Assembly (NCBI GenBank): GCA_039932635.1
Contig: JBDTPR010000001.1
Span: forward strand, 1-42,794
Direction: 5' to 3'
DNA length: 42,794 bases
From: Candidatus Solibacter sp.
GTDB taxonomy: Bacteria; Acidobacteriota; Terriglobia; Bryobacterales; Bryobacteraceae
The notes below the pieces were generated by a model. The model worked only from the letters and a program-made list of their open reading frames with translations. It was not told the origin of the DNA and did not search any database. The number at the start of each line of letters is the position of its first letter. The first letter of the stretch is position 1. Below, piece by piece: positions 8,060 through 19,397 of the stretch. The position numbers and the translations under genes are program-made.

Positions 8060-10146
8060 GCGCCGTTCCCAACCTCAGCCGCCGCGGCTTCCTGGGCGCC
8101 GCCTCAGGGCTTCTCCTGAGTTTCCGCTTCGCCTCCGAGGCCGAGGCCGCCGTCTCCGGCGCCAACAAGCTCAACGCCTTCGTCCACGTGGGCGCCGACG
8201 ACACCGTGACCCTGTTCATCCACAAGGCGGAAATGGGGCAGGGGACCGTCACCTCGCTCTCCATGCTGCTGGCCGAAGAACTCGAGTGCGATTGGAAGAA
8301 AGTCCGCACCGAATTCCCCGGCGTCAGCCGCGAGTTCGGCCCAATGCAGGGAGTTTTCGGCAGCCAGAGCGTACGCACCTCGTACGATTCCCTGCGCAAG
8401 GCCGGCGCCGCCGCCCGCGAGATGCTGGTGCAGGCTGCCGCCGCTCAGTGGGGCGTCGCGTCCAACGCTTGCCGCGCCGAGAATAACGCCGTTGTCAACA
8501 CCGCCAGCAAGGCGCGCCTGACCTATGGCAGTCTGGCGGATGCCGCTTCCAAACTCACGCCTCCCGCCTCCCCGGCGCTCAAGGATCCCGCGCAGTACCG
8601 CCTGATCGGCAAACCCCTCAAGCGCCTCGACACGCCGGCCAAAGTCGATGGCAGCGCGCAGTTCGGCATGGATGTCCGCCTGCCAGGGATGCTTTACGCG
8701 GTAGTCACCCGCTGTCCCGTTTTTGGCGGCAAGGTCAAGAGTTTCGACTCCTCCAAGGCGAAGGCCGTGGCCGGCGTGAAGGGCGTCGTGCAGATCTCTA
8801 ACGGCATCGCCGTGTACGCCGATAATACCTGGAGTGCGATGCAGGGGCGACGCGTGCTCGACGTCCAGTGGGACGAAGGTCCCGTGGCCGCCATGAGCAC
8901 CCCGGCGCTCACTAAGATCTTCCAGGAGAAGATGCAGCAGCCCGGCGCCGTGGCACGGAAGGATGGCGACGCACCCGCCGCAATCGCCGCCGCCGCGCGC
9001 AAAATCGAAGCCGATTACGAGGTGCCCTTCCTTGCCCACGCTCCCATGGAGCCGCTCAATTGCACCGCCGACGTGAAGCCCGATCACTGCTCCGTCTGGG
9101 CGTCCACCCAGGGACAAAGCGCTGCAGCCGGAATCGCAGCCCAAGTCACGGGACTTCCGCCTGAGAAGATCGACGTCCACACCCTCTACATGGGCGGAGG
9201 CTTCGGCCGCCGCGCCGCCGCCGATTACATCGGCGAAGCCGTGGAAGTCTCCAAGGCTGTTGGGGTCCCGATCAAACTCACCTGGTCGCGCGAGGACGAT
9301 TTGCAGCAGGATCTCTACCGCCCCGCCTCCTACACGCGCTTTGCCGGGGCGCTGGATAGCGATGGCTGGCCGCTCGCCCTCACCAGCCGCATCGCCTGCC
9401 CGCCCTTCGGCGGAGTGCGAAATGGACTTTCCCGCGTCGGCGTGGAAGGGGTCGCCGATGTGGTCTACGAGATGCCCCACATGCTGGTGGATTATCACGC
9501 CATCGAGGCTGGCATCCCGGTCAGCTACTGGCGCAGTGTGGGGTACTCGCAGAACACATTTTTCGCCGAGAGCTTCCTGGACGAAATGGCCGCCGCGGGC
9601 AATAAAGACCCGGTCGAAGTACGACGGCGCCTACTCGCTAAATCGCCGCGCATGCTCGGCGTGCTGGAACTTGTCGCCGAGAAATCGGGCTGGGGCAAGC
9701 CGCTTGCCGCCGGTCGCGCGCGCGGGGTCTCGCTGGTCAACAACATTGGCAGCTTCACCGCGCAGGTGGCCGAAGTTTCTGTGACCGGCGGCAAGCTCAA
9801 GATCCACAAAGTGGTCTGCGCGGTGGATTGCGGCCGCGTCGTCAACCCGGCGATTCTCGAGCAGCAGATGCAGAGCGGCATCGTCTTCGGGCTGGCCGCG
9901 GCGCTGAAGGGCGGCATCACCATCGATAAGGGCCGCGTGCAGCAGAGCAATTTCCACCAGTACGACATGCTTCGCATCGACGAAATGCCCGTGGTGGAAG
10001 TCCATATCGTCAACAGCCAGAGTGCCTCGGGCGGAGTGGGCGAAGCCAGCACGCCCGGCATCGCGCCGGCGGTCTGCAACGCCATCTTCAAGGCGACTGG
10101 TAAACGTATCAGGCGGTTGCCGATACGCCCCGCGGACCTGGCATAA
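8056..10146 (+). CDS. molybdopterin-binding large subunit (IorB / xanthine-dehydrogenase-family), Tat-exported
   Basis: GTG start at 8056 overlaps the upstream stop (GTGA). Twin-arginine signal [17 protein letters not shown]. The 696-aa length and the conserved blocks ([50 protein letters not shown]) fit the family. Confidence 0.9.
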   Translation: MSAVPNLSRRGFLGAASGLLLSFRFASEAEAAVSGANKLNAFVHVGADDTVTLFIHKAEMGQGTVTSLSMLLAEELECDWKKVRTEFPGVSREFGPMQGVFGSQSVRTSYDSLRKAGAAAREMLVQAAAAQWGVASNACRAENNAVVNTASKARLTYGSLADAASKLTPPASPALKDPAQYRLIGKPLKRLDTPAKVDGSAQFGMDVRLPGMLYAVVTRCPVFGGKVKSFDSSKAKAVAGVKGVVQISNGIAVYADNTWSAMQGRRVLDVQWDEGPVAAMSTPALTKIFQEKMQQPGAVARKDGDAPAAIAAAARKIEADYEVPFLAHAPMEPLNCTADVKPDHCSVWASTQGQSAAAGIAAQVTGLPPEKIDVHTLYMGGGFGRRAAADYIGEAVEVSKAVGVPIKLTWSREDDLQQDLYRPASYTRFAGALDSDGWPLALTSRIACPPFGGVRNGLSRVGVEGVADVVYEMPHMLVDYHAIEAGIPVSYWRSVGYSQNTFFAESFLDEMAAAGNKDPVEVRRRLLAKSPRMLGVLELVAEKSGWGKPLAAGRARGVSLVNNIGSFTAQVAEVSVTGGKLKIHKVVCAVDCGRVVNPAILEQQMQSGIVFGLAAALKGGITIDKGRVQQSNFHQYDMLRIDEMPVVEVHIVNSQSASGGVGEASTPGIAPAVCNAIFKATGKRIRRLPIRPADLA

Positions 10147-10158
10147 GCGCAAAATCAG

Positions 10159-10185
10159 CCAATGCCATCTCCCGGATGGCATTGG
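10159..10185 (+). terminator. perfect 11-bp stem hairpin downstream of the Mo-subunit gene (possible terminator or RNA-stability element)
   Basis: ccaatgccatc (10159-10169), loop tcccg, gatggcattgg (10175-10185). No U-tract follows, so an intrinsic-terminator function is not assured. Confidence 0.4.
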
Positions 10186-10225
10186 ACATGGGTAACCTGC
10201 GGGCGTAGAATAACACCACTATCTT

Positions 10226-13200
10226 ATGAAGTCTCCCCGGATGCGAGAGTTTACAAGAGGGGTCAAAAGGCGCCAGGTTGCGCTTCTGTTGTGTGTCAGC
10301 GCACTTTTCGCCGCCTTCCTCGGCAGCAATCTGCGCGGCGCGGAGGAGCCTCAACCGAACGCGTCAGCCCTGGTCAACAAGTACTGTGTGCAATGCCACG
10401 CCGGTGCGTCGCCCATGGGCGGCGTCAACCTGCAGCAATTGACGGCGCAAGCCTCCGTGGGCGAAAGCTACGCCATCTGGGGTAAGGTCGCGGGGGTGCT
10501 GGAAGAGCGCCGTATGCCGCCCAAGGGCATGCCGCAGCCCGCGGACAACGAGCGGGAGCAGGCCGCCAAGTGGATTCGCACCGAACTCGCCACCTACTTC
10601 AAGAAGCACGATGGCGACCCGGGCCGCGTTACGGTCCGCCGCCTCACCAGTGGGGAGTACGCCTACGCGATTCACGACCTCACCGGGATCGATCCGGATA
10701 CCGGCATCGAGGCCTCCAGCGATTCCGCCGGCGGCGAAGGCTTCACCAATTTCGGCGATGTGCAGTTCATGCAGGACGCCAACCTGGAGCGCTACCTCGC
10801 GGCCGCCAAGAAGATTGCCAATCACGCGGTGATCGGCAGCGGTCCGGTGGAATTCTACGTGGACCCGGGCAAGACGGGCTTCGAAATGTCCGCCATCACG
10901 CGGATCCGCGGCATCTACGCCAAGGAAGGTTTCCGTACCGTGTCGGGCGAAGGCGGCATTCCGTTCGGCCTTGAAAAATATGGCAAGGCTTTCTATGTGG
11001 CATGGCGGTTCAAGCATCGCGCCGCCATGGGAGAACCCAATGCCACGCTCAAAGAACTGGCCGCGCGCGAAGGCGTCGGCCTGAAATTCAGCCAGCACAT
11101 CTGGGACGTGGTCAATCACTCGGGACTCGGCTTCCCCTCTTCGGAAATGGCTGGGCGATGGCGCAAACTGCCGGCGCCGAGCGGCGCCGATCCCAATATC
11201 ACCGCGGCCGCGGCGAGACTCGGCTGCGAAGATATTCAGAAGTACCTCACTACGTGGCCCAGCTGGCTCTTCGGCCGGGGCGACGTGGCTGCCGGCGGCG
11301 CGGGCGATGAAAGTCCGCTGGTCTTCAACGACAAGTCCCTGAAGGCCGAAGCCGTACACCACTTCCTCTTCAATCGCGCCGGTCGCGGAGGCGGCTTTGG
11401 GCGCGGCGCCGCAGTCCAGACCGGGCCGCCGAAGCAGTTCCTCAATGTGGCAGCTCTCAACCCCAGCGCGCCCGGCAAATCCGTGATCGTCTGGCGCAGT
11501 CCGAGCGTGGGCTTCCGCGCTGCCGGTGCTCCTGGCGGTCGCGGAGGACGCAACCCCGGTACGCAGACCGCCGGCGGCGCCGCAGTCCCACCCGCCGCTG
11601 CCGTTCAGGCGAATACTGTTCAGCCCAACAATGGAGCAGGCGCCGGACAGACCGCCGCCGCGCTGCCCGCCGGTGGTGGCCGCGGATTCCAACCGGTCAT
11701 GCCGCGCGTGCCCCTGCGCGCCGCCGTCAGTGAGGAGACCGCCAAGCGCCTCAATTTCGGCCACAGTCCCGATGGCAGCCAGATTGGCCCCGACGATTTC
11801 GCCACCGAGGGCTCCGTGGCCTTCGAACTCGTGGTGCCCGACGGCTCCACGCTCGCCGACTTTATGGTGGACGCCGCCGTGGGCGCCGATCGCGATCAGG
11901 TCTTCCGCATCACGCTGAGCGATCGCGAGGAAGGCCCGCGCGGCATTCCGACGCGCGCCATCGTAGGCGATCCGGATAGCGCCGGCTACCGCAAATTCAA
12001 GGCCGGAGTTTTGGAGTTCGCCAGCATCCTGCCGCCGAATTCCAACAGCGAGCCCACGCCCGCCGACAAGGACCCCGTTCCCGAACCCTTTGACAGCACG
12101 TACAATACTCCCGAGCACGACGCCTTCGTCAACGACGTGAAGTATATTCGCGACGACCGTTTCGTCGTGGAACACATTGTGGATGACGCCACGCGCGCGC
12201 GCCTCAATTTTGCTTGGAATGATCTCAAGTCGTCCTTCTCGTACCACGACAACTACCTGCGCCTGCTCGCCCTGCATTACAACCTGGATCTCAAGGGCAA
12301 ACACATCGCCGATCTCGATAAAGCCACGGTGGATTCGCTTCCGGCGGAACCCCGCCGGTATATTGCGCCGCTGCACGCTGAGTACGTCGCCGTGCGCACC
12401 GCCGAAGCGGCCGCCCGCCCGCGTCACGTCGCCGATTGCCTGCAGTTCGCAGCCAATGCCTGGCGGCACGCGCTCTCCGAAAAGGAGAAGCAGGGCCTGC
12501 GCACTTTCTACGATAAGGCCATCACTACCGAAGGCGATCACGAAAAGGCCATACGCGCCTTGATCACACGCATCCTGGTCTCCCCGGCGTTCCTGTACCG
12601 CGTCGAGCAGCCGGTGGAAACCGCTGCGGCTCGCCCGCTCGGCAACTGGGACATGGCCAGCCGCCTGAGCTTCTTCCTGTGGTCCTCGATTCCCGATTCC
12701 GAACTGCAGCGAGCCGCCGCCGCCGGGGAACTCAGCGACCCGCAGCGACTGCGCGCGCAAGTGAAGCGTATGCTTGCCGACCCCAAAGCTCGCCGCCTCT
12801 CCACCGAATTCTTCGGGCAGTGGCTGGGCTTCTACCACTTCGATCAGTTCCGCGGCGTGGATACCGCGCGCTTCCCCGAGTTCACCGACGAAGTCAAAAG
12901 CTCCATGTACGACGAGGCCGTCTCGTTCTTCGAATACGTGATCCGCAAGGACCGTCCGGTCCGCGATGTCTTGTTCGCCGACTATGGCTTCCTCAATCAG
13001 CCGCTGGCCAAATTCTACGGCGTGAAGAAAGACGTTGCGTCGAAGGGCGCGGTCGAACTCGTGGAGGGTGCCGGACAGTTCCACCGCGGCGGTCTGCTGC
13101 GCCTCGGCGCCATCCTCACCGCCACTTCGGCGCCTCTGCGAACGAGCCCCGTGAAACGCGGCGATTGGGTGCTGCGCCGTGTACTCGGGACTCCCGTGCC

Positions 13201-13741
13201 GCCGCCGCCGGCCAACGTGGGCAAAATTCCGGAAGACGAAAAGGGCTTCGGCGAACTCACGCTGCGTCAGACGCTGGAAGCGCACAAGCGCAATCCCAGT
13301 TGCGCTGGTTGCCACGTGCGCATCGATCCGCTCGGCTTCCCGCTGGAACACTACGATTCCACCGGCCGCTGGCGCCAGACTTATTCCGATGGCAAGCCTA
13401 TCGACGATCAAGGCGTGCTCTCCGATAAGACAGAGATCGCCGGCATCGATGGCCTGCTCGGCTACCTCAAGGGTAAGGAAGATCAACTGCGACGCACCAT
13501 GGCCACCAAGATGGTGGGCTACGCGCTCGGCCGCACGGTGCAGGCCTCCGACCAGTTGCTGATCGACCGTATGGCCGCCACTGGCAACAACGCGACGTTC
13601 TCGCAGTTTGTGGCGGAAATTGTCGCCAGCCGCCAGTTCCGCAATCATGCAGGCCGCGACGACGCCCCGGCGCCATCGCCAGTGAAAACCGCCGCGGTAG
13701 CGGCCGTCAATTCAACCAAATCACAAGCAGGTGCACGATGA
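10226..13741 (+). CDS. DUF1592/DUF1588/DUF1587/DUF1585/DUF1595-type large secreted protein with CxxCH motifs
   Basis: Signal-like N-terminus ([16 protein letters not shown]). N-terminal CVQCH in a planctomycete-cytochrome-like context ([10 protein letters not shown]...GGVNL). C-terminal [16 protein letters not shown] block, typical of DUF1588. It is paired with a DUF1552 gene through an ATGA overlap. Confidence 0.85.
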   Translation: MKSPRMREFTRGVKRRQVALLLCVSALFAAFLGSNLRGAEEPQPNASALVNKYCVQCHAGASPMGGVNLQQLTAQASVGESYAIWGKVAGVLEERRMPPKGMPQPADNEREQAAKWIRTELATYFKKHDGDPGRVTVRRLTSGEYAYAIHDLTGIDPDTGIEASSDSAGGEGFTNFGDVQFMQDANLERYLAAAKKIANHAVIGSGPVEFYVDPGKTGFEMSAITRIRGIYAKEGFRTVSGEGGIPFGLEKYGKAFYVAWRFKHRAAMGEPNATLKELAAREGVGLKFSQHIWDVVNHSGLGFPSSEMAGRWRKLPAPSGADPNITAAAARLGCEDIQKYLTTWPSWLFGRGDVAAGGAGDESPLVFNDKSLKAEAVHHFLFNRAGRGGGFGRGAAVQTGPPKQFLNVAALNPSAPGKSVIVWRSPSVGFRAAGAPGGRGGRNPGTQTAGGAAVPPAAAVQANTVQPNNGAGAGQTAAALPAGGGRGFQPVMPRVPLRAAVSEETAKRLNFGHSPDGSQIGPDDFATEGSVAFELVVPDGSTLADFMVDAAVGADRDQVFRITLSDREEGPRGIPTRAIVGDPDSAGYRKFKAGVLEFASILPPNSNSEPTPADKDPVPEPFDSTYNTPEHDAFVNDVKYIRDDRFVVEHIVDDATRARLNFAWNDLKSSFSYHDNYLRLLALHYNLDLKGKHIADLDKATVDSLPAEPRRYIAPLHAEYVAVRTAEAAARPRHVADCLQFAANAWRHALSEKEKQGLRTFYDKAITTEGDHEKAIRALITRILVSPAFLYRVEQPVETAAARPLGNWDMASRLSFFLWSSIPDSELQRAAAAGELSDPQRLRAQVKRMLADPKARRLSTEFFGQWLGFYHFDQFRGVDTARFPEFTDEVKSSMYDEAVSFFEYVIRKDRPVRDVLFADYGFLNQPLAKFYGVKKDVASKGAVELVEGAGQFHRGGLLRLGAILTATSAPLRTSPVKRGDWVLRRVLGTPVPPPPANVGKIPEDEKGFGELTLRQTLEAHKRNPSCAGCHVRIDPLGFPLEHYDSTGRWRQTYSDGKPIDDQGVLSDKTEIAGIDGLLGYLKGKEDQLRRTMATKMVGYALGRTVQASDQLLIDRMAATGNNATFSQFVAEIVASRQFRNHAGRDDAPAPSPVKTAAVAAVNSTKSQAGAR

Positions 13742-15105
13742 AAAAGAGCCAGAACACTTCGACCGCCGGATCCAGTTCGCGGCGGCATTTCCTGCGCGGC
13801 GCCGGTGTGGCGCTCGCCCTCCCGTGGCTGGAATCGCTGCCCCTGTTCGCCCAGGACGCCGCGCCTGCCGCGGCCGCGGCGGCCAACAAGCCGCCCCTGC
13901 GCTTCGCGTGCATCTACTTCTCCAACGGCGTCGATACCCAAAATTGGTGGGCCAAGGGTAGCGGCGCCGCTATGGAACTGGGACCGGCGGCGGCTCCGCT
14001 TGCACCTATCCGCGAGGACATGGTGTTCATCAAGGGCCTCTACCATCAGACTGCCCTGGTCTCCACCAGTCCTCACCTGGGCCGCATGAACATGCTCTCC
14101 GGCGTGAAGGTGAGCCTGGACCCGAACGACATTCGCGTGGGCGCCACCATGGACCAGGTGATGGCGCAGCACCGGGGCCACGAGACCGTCGTGCCGAGTC
14201 TCGCGCTCGGCATCGAGCCCAATGAACTGCGGCTGGAAGATGGGCTCTCCATGCTGTATGGTTCGGCGATCTCCTGGATGTCGGCGACCAAACCAGCTTC
14301 CAAGGAAATCTACCCGGCGCGAACCTTCGACCAATTGGTGGGCGATGGCAAGGGCCGGAAACTCGACCGCAGCGTGCTCGACGCGGTGCTTCAGGAAACC
14401 CGCGACCTGCAGCCGAAGATCAGTAACGGCGACCGCAGGAAATTGGACGAATATCTGGAATCCGTGCGCGATATCGAAAAGCGCATCGATCGCGCCGGCA
14501 AACAGGAATTGCTCGAAGGGTGGCGTCCCACGCTCCAGCAGCCCAACATGCCGCGACCCTCCGACGAGTTGCCGCAGAATCCGCCCGAGCACATGAAGCT
14601 CATGCTCGACCTGATCGTGCTCGCCTTCCAGATGGACAAGACGCGCATCGTCACCTGCATGTTGAACAATGACCTCTCGCAGATGAATTTCAAGTTCGTC
14701 GACGGCGTGCGCGGCGCGTTGCATCTCGACCTCACACACGGCAAGACGGCCGCTACCAAAGCGATGTACCTGAAGACCAATCAGTTCCACATGCAGCAGC
14801 TCACTTACATCGTGCAGCGCATGAAGCAGATCGATGAAGGCGGCCAGTCGCTGCTGGATAATTCGATGCTGATGTTCGCCTCCAGCCTCTACGATGGCGA
14901 CTTGCACGGCGCCGACCAGATGCCGATCATCATGGCAGGCAAGGCGGGCGGCGCGATGCAGACCGGCCGCGTCCTGGATTACCTCGATAAGGGCAACGAC
15001 AATCGGCGCGCCTGCAGCCTCTATCTTTCGATGATGGATCGCATGGGTGTGAAACTGGATCGCTTCGGAGATACCGACAAGCGTCTCCCTGGCCTGTTTA
15101 CATAA
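13738..15105 (+). CDS. DUF1552 domain-containing protein, Tat-exported
   Basis: [23 protein letters not shown] is the typical N-terminus of this family. The protein is 455 aa and its start overlaps the upstream stop (ATGA at 13738-13741). Confidence 0.85.
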   Translation: MKKSQNTSTAGSSSRRHFLRGAGVALALPWLESLPLFAQDAAPAAAAAANKPPLRFACIYFSNGVDTQNWWAKGSGAAMELGPAAAPLAPIREDMVFIKGLYHQTALVSTSPHLGRMNMLSGVKVSLDPNDIRVGATMDQVMAQHRGHETVVPSLALGIEPNELRLEDGLSMLYGSAISWMSATKPASKEIYPARTFDQLVGDGKGRKLDRSVLDAVLQETRDLQPKISNGDRRKLDEYLESVRDIEKRIDRAGKQELLEGWRPTLQQPNMPRPSDELPQNPPEHMKLMLDLIVLAFQMDKTRIVTCMLNNDLSQMNFKFVDGVRGALHLDLTHGKTAATKAMYLKTNQFHMQQLTYIVQRMKQIDEGGQSLLDNSMLMFASSLYDGDLHGADQMPIIMAGKAGGAMQTGRVLDYLDKGNDNRRACSLYLSMMDRMGVKLDRFGDTDKRLPGLFT

Positions 15106-15115
15106 CGGAGCAGTC

Positions 15116-15634
15116 ATGAATCGAACACGCCTGATACTCGTGCCGATCGCGGCCGGCCTGCTGGCCTGGGCACAGAACGATGGACCCGGTGCCGGTCAGG
15201 GTTACCTGCCGGAGTTTGGCCACTCCTCACGCCAGATTCTGCAACTGGCCGATGCCACGCCGGCGGAGAAATTCGCGTGGCGTCCCGCGCCCGGTGTGCG
15301 CAGCATCAGCGAAGTCTACATGCATATCGCGGTGGGCAACTACTTTCTGTTGAACCAGGCGGGAGTGAAGCTCGAAAATGCGCCGAAGTTCTCGCAGACC
15401 ACGGAGAAGGATGTGAAGGATAAGGCCGCCGTGGTTGGCTGGCTGAAGGACTCTTTCGACGCCGTCAAAGCTAGCTATCCGAAATCGGAATTCAAGAAGC
15501 CGGTGAAATTTTTCGGCCAGGATTCCAATGTGGAGAATGTGTACCTCCGGGTTCTGGTACACAATCACGAGCACATGGGCCAGTCGATCGCCTACGCCCG
15601 GATGAATGGCATCGTGCCGCCCTGGTCGAAGTAA
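15116..15634 (+). CDS. DinB-family (DinB_2-like) protein with signal peptide
   Basis: Starts 10 nt after the DUF1552 stop, with ggag upstream. Signal peptide MNRTRLILVPIAAGLLAWAQ. His-containing helices YMHIAVGNYF and VLVHNHEHMGQ are typical of the DinB four-helix-bundle metal site. Confidence 0.8.
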   Translation: MNRTRLILVPIAAGLLAWAQNDGPGAGQGYLPEFGHSSRQILQLADATPAEKFAWRPAPGVRSISEVYMHIAVGNYFLLNQAGVKLENAPKFSQTTEKDVKDKAAVVGWLKDSFDAVKASYPKSEFKKPVKFFGQDSNVENVYLRVLVHNHEHMGQSIAYARMNGIVPPWSK

Positions 15635-15747
15635 GACTAGCACAGCCACGCCTTCTTCAGTCGTCAGTCACGCATCACGTCTGTGCCACCAGGCGCCCGA
15701 AATAGTTTCGAGATCCAGGGTGGTCCATACTTAAGAGAGAGGCGCGC

Positions 15748-16614
15748 ATGGACTACTCCAGGCGAAGATTTGCGGGATGGATGATGGCTCTCTTCTTCGG
15801 CCCGCGTCCCGCGGTTGCATCCACTCCATCGGTACTCAAACGCTATCGCGCCGATGCCGTCATCCTGCTGCTCGGCCTCCCCATCTTCAAGCGCCCCGGC
15901 GTCGGCACAGGGCAGGTATCTATCGAAGAGGCCGGCGAGGGCCCGCTGGCAAGTCGCACCCTCTTCTTCGCCGCCGGTTCCGACCCCAAGCGCGCCCACG
16001 GCCTCGCCCGCCTGGGTTGGATGCGTGAGATTTCCCGCGTCGCCGGCGCAGCGCCCACCGAGACCGAGTACTTTGGCGTCATGACATCCTCACCCGAAGA
16101 GAGTCTGGAGAGCGCGCGCAAATCGGTGGACACCTCGCCCGGAGCCCACAGCCTGTTTGCGGCCGTACATGGACGCCATTCCGTTGGGCGAAGCCGCAGC
16201 GCGCTGGCGCACTTCGAATTCCGCTCGGACGCCGCGTGGTCTGACCACGCCCTTATCGAAAAATCTCAGGCAGCGTTCTCCGCCGCCTCCGTGTGGCGCG
16301 AAAACGCCTGGCCCAAGTGGCCGGGGCAGCAGCCGCCCACCTTCCTGTTCCAACTCGAAGCTCTGCTCCAGCAGCGTGCGAAGTGCTCCGGCGCCTACGT
16401 CTACAACGAGCAGGAGTACCTGCTCGAACTCGCCGCGCCGCAGCGGGCAGACCATCTGCTTGCGATCAAGGGCTCAATCCGAAACCAGCGCACTGGCGTC
16501 CGCACCGCGTTCCGTGTGTGGCTGGAAAACACGCCGGGATCCGTGGTCCCGGTGCGCATCGAATTTCAGCCGCGCTCTTTCCTGCGACTCTCCTTCGAAG
16601 CCTTGCCGGACTGA
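15748..16614 (+). CDS. hypothetical protein, possible Tat signal
   Basis: ATG preceded by gagagagg. The N-terminus YSRRRFAGWMMALFFGPRPAVAS resembles a twin-arginine leader. 288 aa; no family recognised. Confidence 0.6.
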   Translation: MDYSRRRFAGWMMALFFGPRPAVASTPSVLKRYRADAVILLLGLPIFKRPGVGTGQVSIEEAGEGPLASRTLFFAAGSDPKRAHGLARLGWMREISRVAGAAPTETEYFGVMTSSPEESLESARKSVDTSPGAHSLFAAVHGRHSVGRSRSALAHFEFRSDAAWSDHALIEKSQAAFSAASVWRENAWPKWPGQQPPTFLFQLEALLQQRAKCSGAYVYNEQEYLLELAAPQRADHLLAIKGSIRNQRTGVRTAFRVWLENTPGSVVPVRIEFQPRSFLRLSFEALPD

Positions 16615-16626
16615 AGCGCCGAGCGC

Positions 16627-17118
16627 TCAGACGTGCTGATCCAGCAGAATCGGATTGCCGTCCGGGTCAACCGCGATCAGGCTCGCCGGGCCCGTTGTGC
16701 TCTCGTCCGCCGCGCTGACCAGCTTCACTCCTTGCGCCTTCAACCGCCGCTGCAGTTCTCGCACGTCGGTAAACGCAGGCAGCTTTTTGGCGTTGCTGTC
16801 CCAGCCCGGATTGAAAGTCAGAATGTTCTTCTCGAACACGCCCTGAAACAAGCCGATGATGGCATCCCCGTTTTTCATGATCAGCCAGTTCTTGGCGGCA
16901 TTGCCGCCGAACTCCTTGAAACCGAGCTGCTCGTAGAACTTTCTCGAAGCTGCCAGGTTTTTGACGGTCAGGCTGATGGAGAAAGCGCCCAATTGCATGG
17001 AAGGCTCTTTGGGCGCGGTTGCGACCGGAGTCTGTACGGTCTGCCCGGCAAGAGCGCTCGTGCCTATTGCCTGCATGGCGGCGCGGCGGGTGAAGCGGGT
17101 CTTCATCGTGCTCCACAT
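16627..17118 (-). CDS. VOC (glyoxalase/bleomycin-resistance fold) protein, exported
   Basis: Tat-like leader TRFTRRAAMQAIGTSALA, followed by a single VOC module (FSISLTVKNLAASRKFYEQLGFKEF...LIAVDPDGNPILLDQH). An alternative start at 17106 is possible. Confidence 0.8.
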   Translation of the reverse strand: MWSTMKTRFTRRAAMQAIGTSALAGQTVQTPVATAPKEPSMQLGAFSISLTVKNLAASRKFYEQLGFKEFGGNAAKNWLIMKNGDAIIGLFQGVFEKNILTFNPGWDSNAKKLPAFTDVRELQRRLKAQGVKLVSAADESTTGPASLIAVDPDGNPILLDQHV

Positions 17119-17214
17119 CGTATCACCGTCTCATGACGTAGACTGTAGGTGTCAAACTCGAAAGCTCGATTTTCTGCGCCCTCGATGTGGGCGGGGGGCG
17201 GTAGCGCGCGGCGC

Positions 17215-18147
17215 CTACGCGGGCTTGCCTGCGCGTGCTACGATGCCATCCACTTCCGTCAACTCGCCTTCCGTGAGCTTCCAATCCGCCGCGCGCGCGT
17301 TGGCCTGCGCCTGTTGCTCGCTCTTCGCGCCGGCGATCACCGACGCCACGGCGGGCCTAGATGCCAGCCATGAAAATGCGAGTTGCAGCAGCGAGTGCCC
17401 GCGGCTCTCCGCGAACTCGCGCAGACGGTCGGCAACGCGGAGGTTTTCTTCCGTGAAGACCTTCGGCCCCCAGCCGGTCTCGCCGCGACTGCCCGCGGGT
17501 AGCGGCTCTCCGGCTCGATATTTGCCGGTCAGTAGCCCGTTGGCCAAGGGGAAGTAGGGGAGAAAGGCCAGGCTGCGGCGGATGCACTCGGGAAGCACCT
17601 CCTTCTCAGCGTCGCGATGCGTCAGGCTGTATTCGTTCTGCACGCTGATGAAGCGGGCCGCGCCGGCTTGCACCGCGTCCTCGGCCTCGCGGACCTGCTC
17701 CACGGAAAAATTCGAGCAACCGATCTCGCGTACTTTTCCCGCCTTCACCAGGCCATCCAGTGCCGCCAATGTTTCGCCGATCGGCGTGGCCGCGTCCGGG
17801 CGATGGAGTTGGTACAGGTCGATGCGATCTGTGCCCAGCCGCCGCAGCGAATCTTCCACCGCGCTGCGCACGTAGTCGGGCTTGGCGCCCTGATGCTGGT
17901 CATCGAGCTTACTGCCGAATTTGGTGGCGAGCACCACGCGGTCCCAACGGCCTTTCAGCGCCTGGCCCAGGAACTCCTCGCTCTGCCTGGGACCGTAGCT
18001 GTCCGCCGTATCCAGAAAGTTGATGCCGGCATCCAAGGCCGCGTCCACCACGCGCGCCGTCGCCGCGGCGTCGATGCGCCAGCCGAAGTTGTTACAGCCC
18101 AGGCCCACCACGGTCACGTCGAGCGAGCCGATTCTGCGCTTTTCCAT
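17215..18147 (-). CDS. aldo/keto reductase
   Basis: Start MEKRRIGSLDVTVVGLGCNNFG at 18147, an internal Met of ORF 17215..18192. AKR motifs INFLDTADSYG and EIGCSNF are present. It lies only 17 nt downstream of the fahA stop. Confidence 0.9.
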   Translation of the reverse strand: MEKRRIGSLDVTVVGLGCNNFGWRIDAAATARVVDAALDAGINFLDTADSYGPRQSEEFLGQALKGRWDRVVLATKFGSKLDDQHQGAKPDYVRSAVEDSLRRLGTDRIDLYQLHRPDAATPIGETLAALDGLVKAGKVREIGCSNFSVEQVREAEDAVQAGAARFISVQNEYSLTHRDAEKEVLPECIRRSLAFLPYFPLANGLLTGKYRAGEPLPAGSRGETGWGPKVFTEENLRVADRLREFAESRGHSLLQLAFSWLASRPAVASVIAGAKSEQQAQANARAADWKLTEGELTEVDGIVARAGKPA

Positions 18148-18164
18148 ATTCCCATTCTCCCTGT

Positions 18165-19397
18165 TTAAGAACCGACCACCAGTCCCGTGCACTCGCCAAT
18201 CCCAAGGCGCGGCAATCCCTCGCGCTCGCAGAAGCCGCGCAGCGTGACCTCGTCGCCATCCTCCAGGAACTTGCGCGTCTCACCGGTCGGCAGCGTCACG
18301 GGTTCCGCCCCGCGCCTGGTGATTTCCAGCAGGCACCCGCGCGCCTCTTTGGCCTCGCCCGACACTGTCCCCGTCGCCAGCAGATCCCCCGGTCGCAGAT
18401 TGCACCCGTTGCTGGTGTGGTGCGCCACCATCTGCGCGATGGTCCAGTAGAGGTCCTTCAGATTGCCATGGCTCAAGCGCATTGGCGGCATGCCCGTGGC
18501 ACGCATCTGCGCGGTGCTCACGTGGACCTCCAGCGTCACGTCGAGCGCGCCGCGTTCCAGGTCGTCCGCGTCCGTGAGGTACGGCAGCGGCACGGGGTCG
18601 CCCGCCTCACGCGCGAAGCGCGGAACGCGGTACGGCGCCAGCGCTTCCATCGGCACCACCCACGGCGAGATGCTGGTCGCGAAGCTCTTCCCCAGGAACG
18701 GCCCCAGCGGCTGGTATTCCCACGCCTGCACGTCCCTCGCCGACCAGTCGTTGAGCAGGCACATGCCGAACACATGGTCCGCGGCGCGCGCCATCTCGAT
18801 AGGCTCGCTCATCGCGTTGCCGGTGCCGATGAAGAAGCCCGCTTCGAGTTCGTAGTCCAATGCCTGCGTGGGTCCGAAGCGTGGAGCCTCCGCGCCCGGC
18901 GTCATCGCCTGACCCTGCGGCCGACGCACCGGCGTGCCGCTCACCACGATCGACGACGCACGCCCGTGATAGCCGATCGGCACGTGCTTGTAATTCGGCA
19001 GCAGCGGATTGTCGGGGCGAAACAGGCTGCCCACATTGCGCGCGTGATATAGCGACGCGTAGAAATCCGTGTAGTCGCCGATCGCCACCGGCATCAGCAT
19101 CGTCACCTCGCGCATCGCGACCATGTTCTGCGCCGCGTCCGCGGAGGCCACCAATTCCGTGAGCCGCGCGCGCAAGGCATGCCAGTGCGCCGGCGTCAGT
19201 GCCATGAGCGCGTTCAGCGTCTCCGTCGCGCAGGCCTCTCGGGTTGCTTTCGGCAAGCCATCGAACAGTCCGGCGCCCGCCGCGGTGCGCAGGTCCAATA
19301 TCCGATCGCCAATCGCGACCCCGATTCTGGCGGCAGCGCCCTCGCGGCGGAAGACTCCGTAGGGCAGGTTTTCGATAGGGAAGTCGGCAGCCGTCAT
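18165..19397 (-). CDS. fahA: fumarylacetoacetase
   Basis: The real N-terminus is M(V)[18 protein letters not shown]...; the ATG at 19397 overlaps the upstream stop (ATGA), and 19403 is an alternative. FAH blocks PIGYHGRASSIVVSGTPVRRP and FGMCLLNDWSARDVQAWEYQPLGPF are present. The 5' part of ORF 18165..19952 is an out-of-gene extension. Confidence 0.9.
   Translation of the reverse strand: MTAADFPIENLPYGVFRREGAAARIGVAIGDRILDLRTAAGAGLFDGLPKATREACATETLNALMALTPAHWHALRARLTELVASADAAQNMVAMREVTMLMPVAIGDYTDFYASLYHARNVGSLFRPDNPLLPNYKHVPIGYHGRASSIVVSGTPVRRPQGQAMTPGAEAPRFGPTQALDYELEAGFFIGTGNAMSEPIEMARAADHVFGMCLLNDWSARDVQAWEYQPLGPFLGKSFATSISPWVVPMEALAPYRVPRFAREAGDPVPLPYLTDADDLERGALDVTLEVHVSTAQMRATGMPPMRLSHGNLKDLYWTIAQMVAHHTSNGCNLRPGDLLATGTVSGEAKEARGCLLEITRRGAEPVTLPTGETRKFLEDGDEVTLRGFCEREGLPRLGIGECTGLVVGS

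Noticed and set aside
10364-13648. 1094-aa minus-strand ORF antisense to the DUF1592-type gene. Similar long antisense or alternative-frame ORFs: 5450-6724, 5491-6753, 8104-9498, 13645-15117, 21665-23221, 23610-24779, 27015-29555, 29486-31324, 31791-32753, 32772-34289, 35182-36828, 41056-42624.
   Set aside because: These are shadow frames typical of GC-rich DNA. Their translations are Arg/Gly/Ala/His/Asp-rich with no recognisable motifs, and each lies fully within a sense-strand gene that has strong family signatures.
7583-13741. The idea that the CxxCH protein at 10226 is the missing cytochrome c subunit of the 2Fe-2S/Mo oxidoreductase (a three-subunit aldehyde-dehydrogenase layout).
   Set aside because: Two-subunit IorAB-type enzymes exist. 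A strong hairpin and an 79-nt spacer separate the genes. The 1171-aa protein has the DUF1592/DUF1588 architecture and its own coupled DUF1552 partner.
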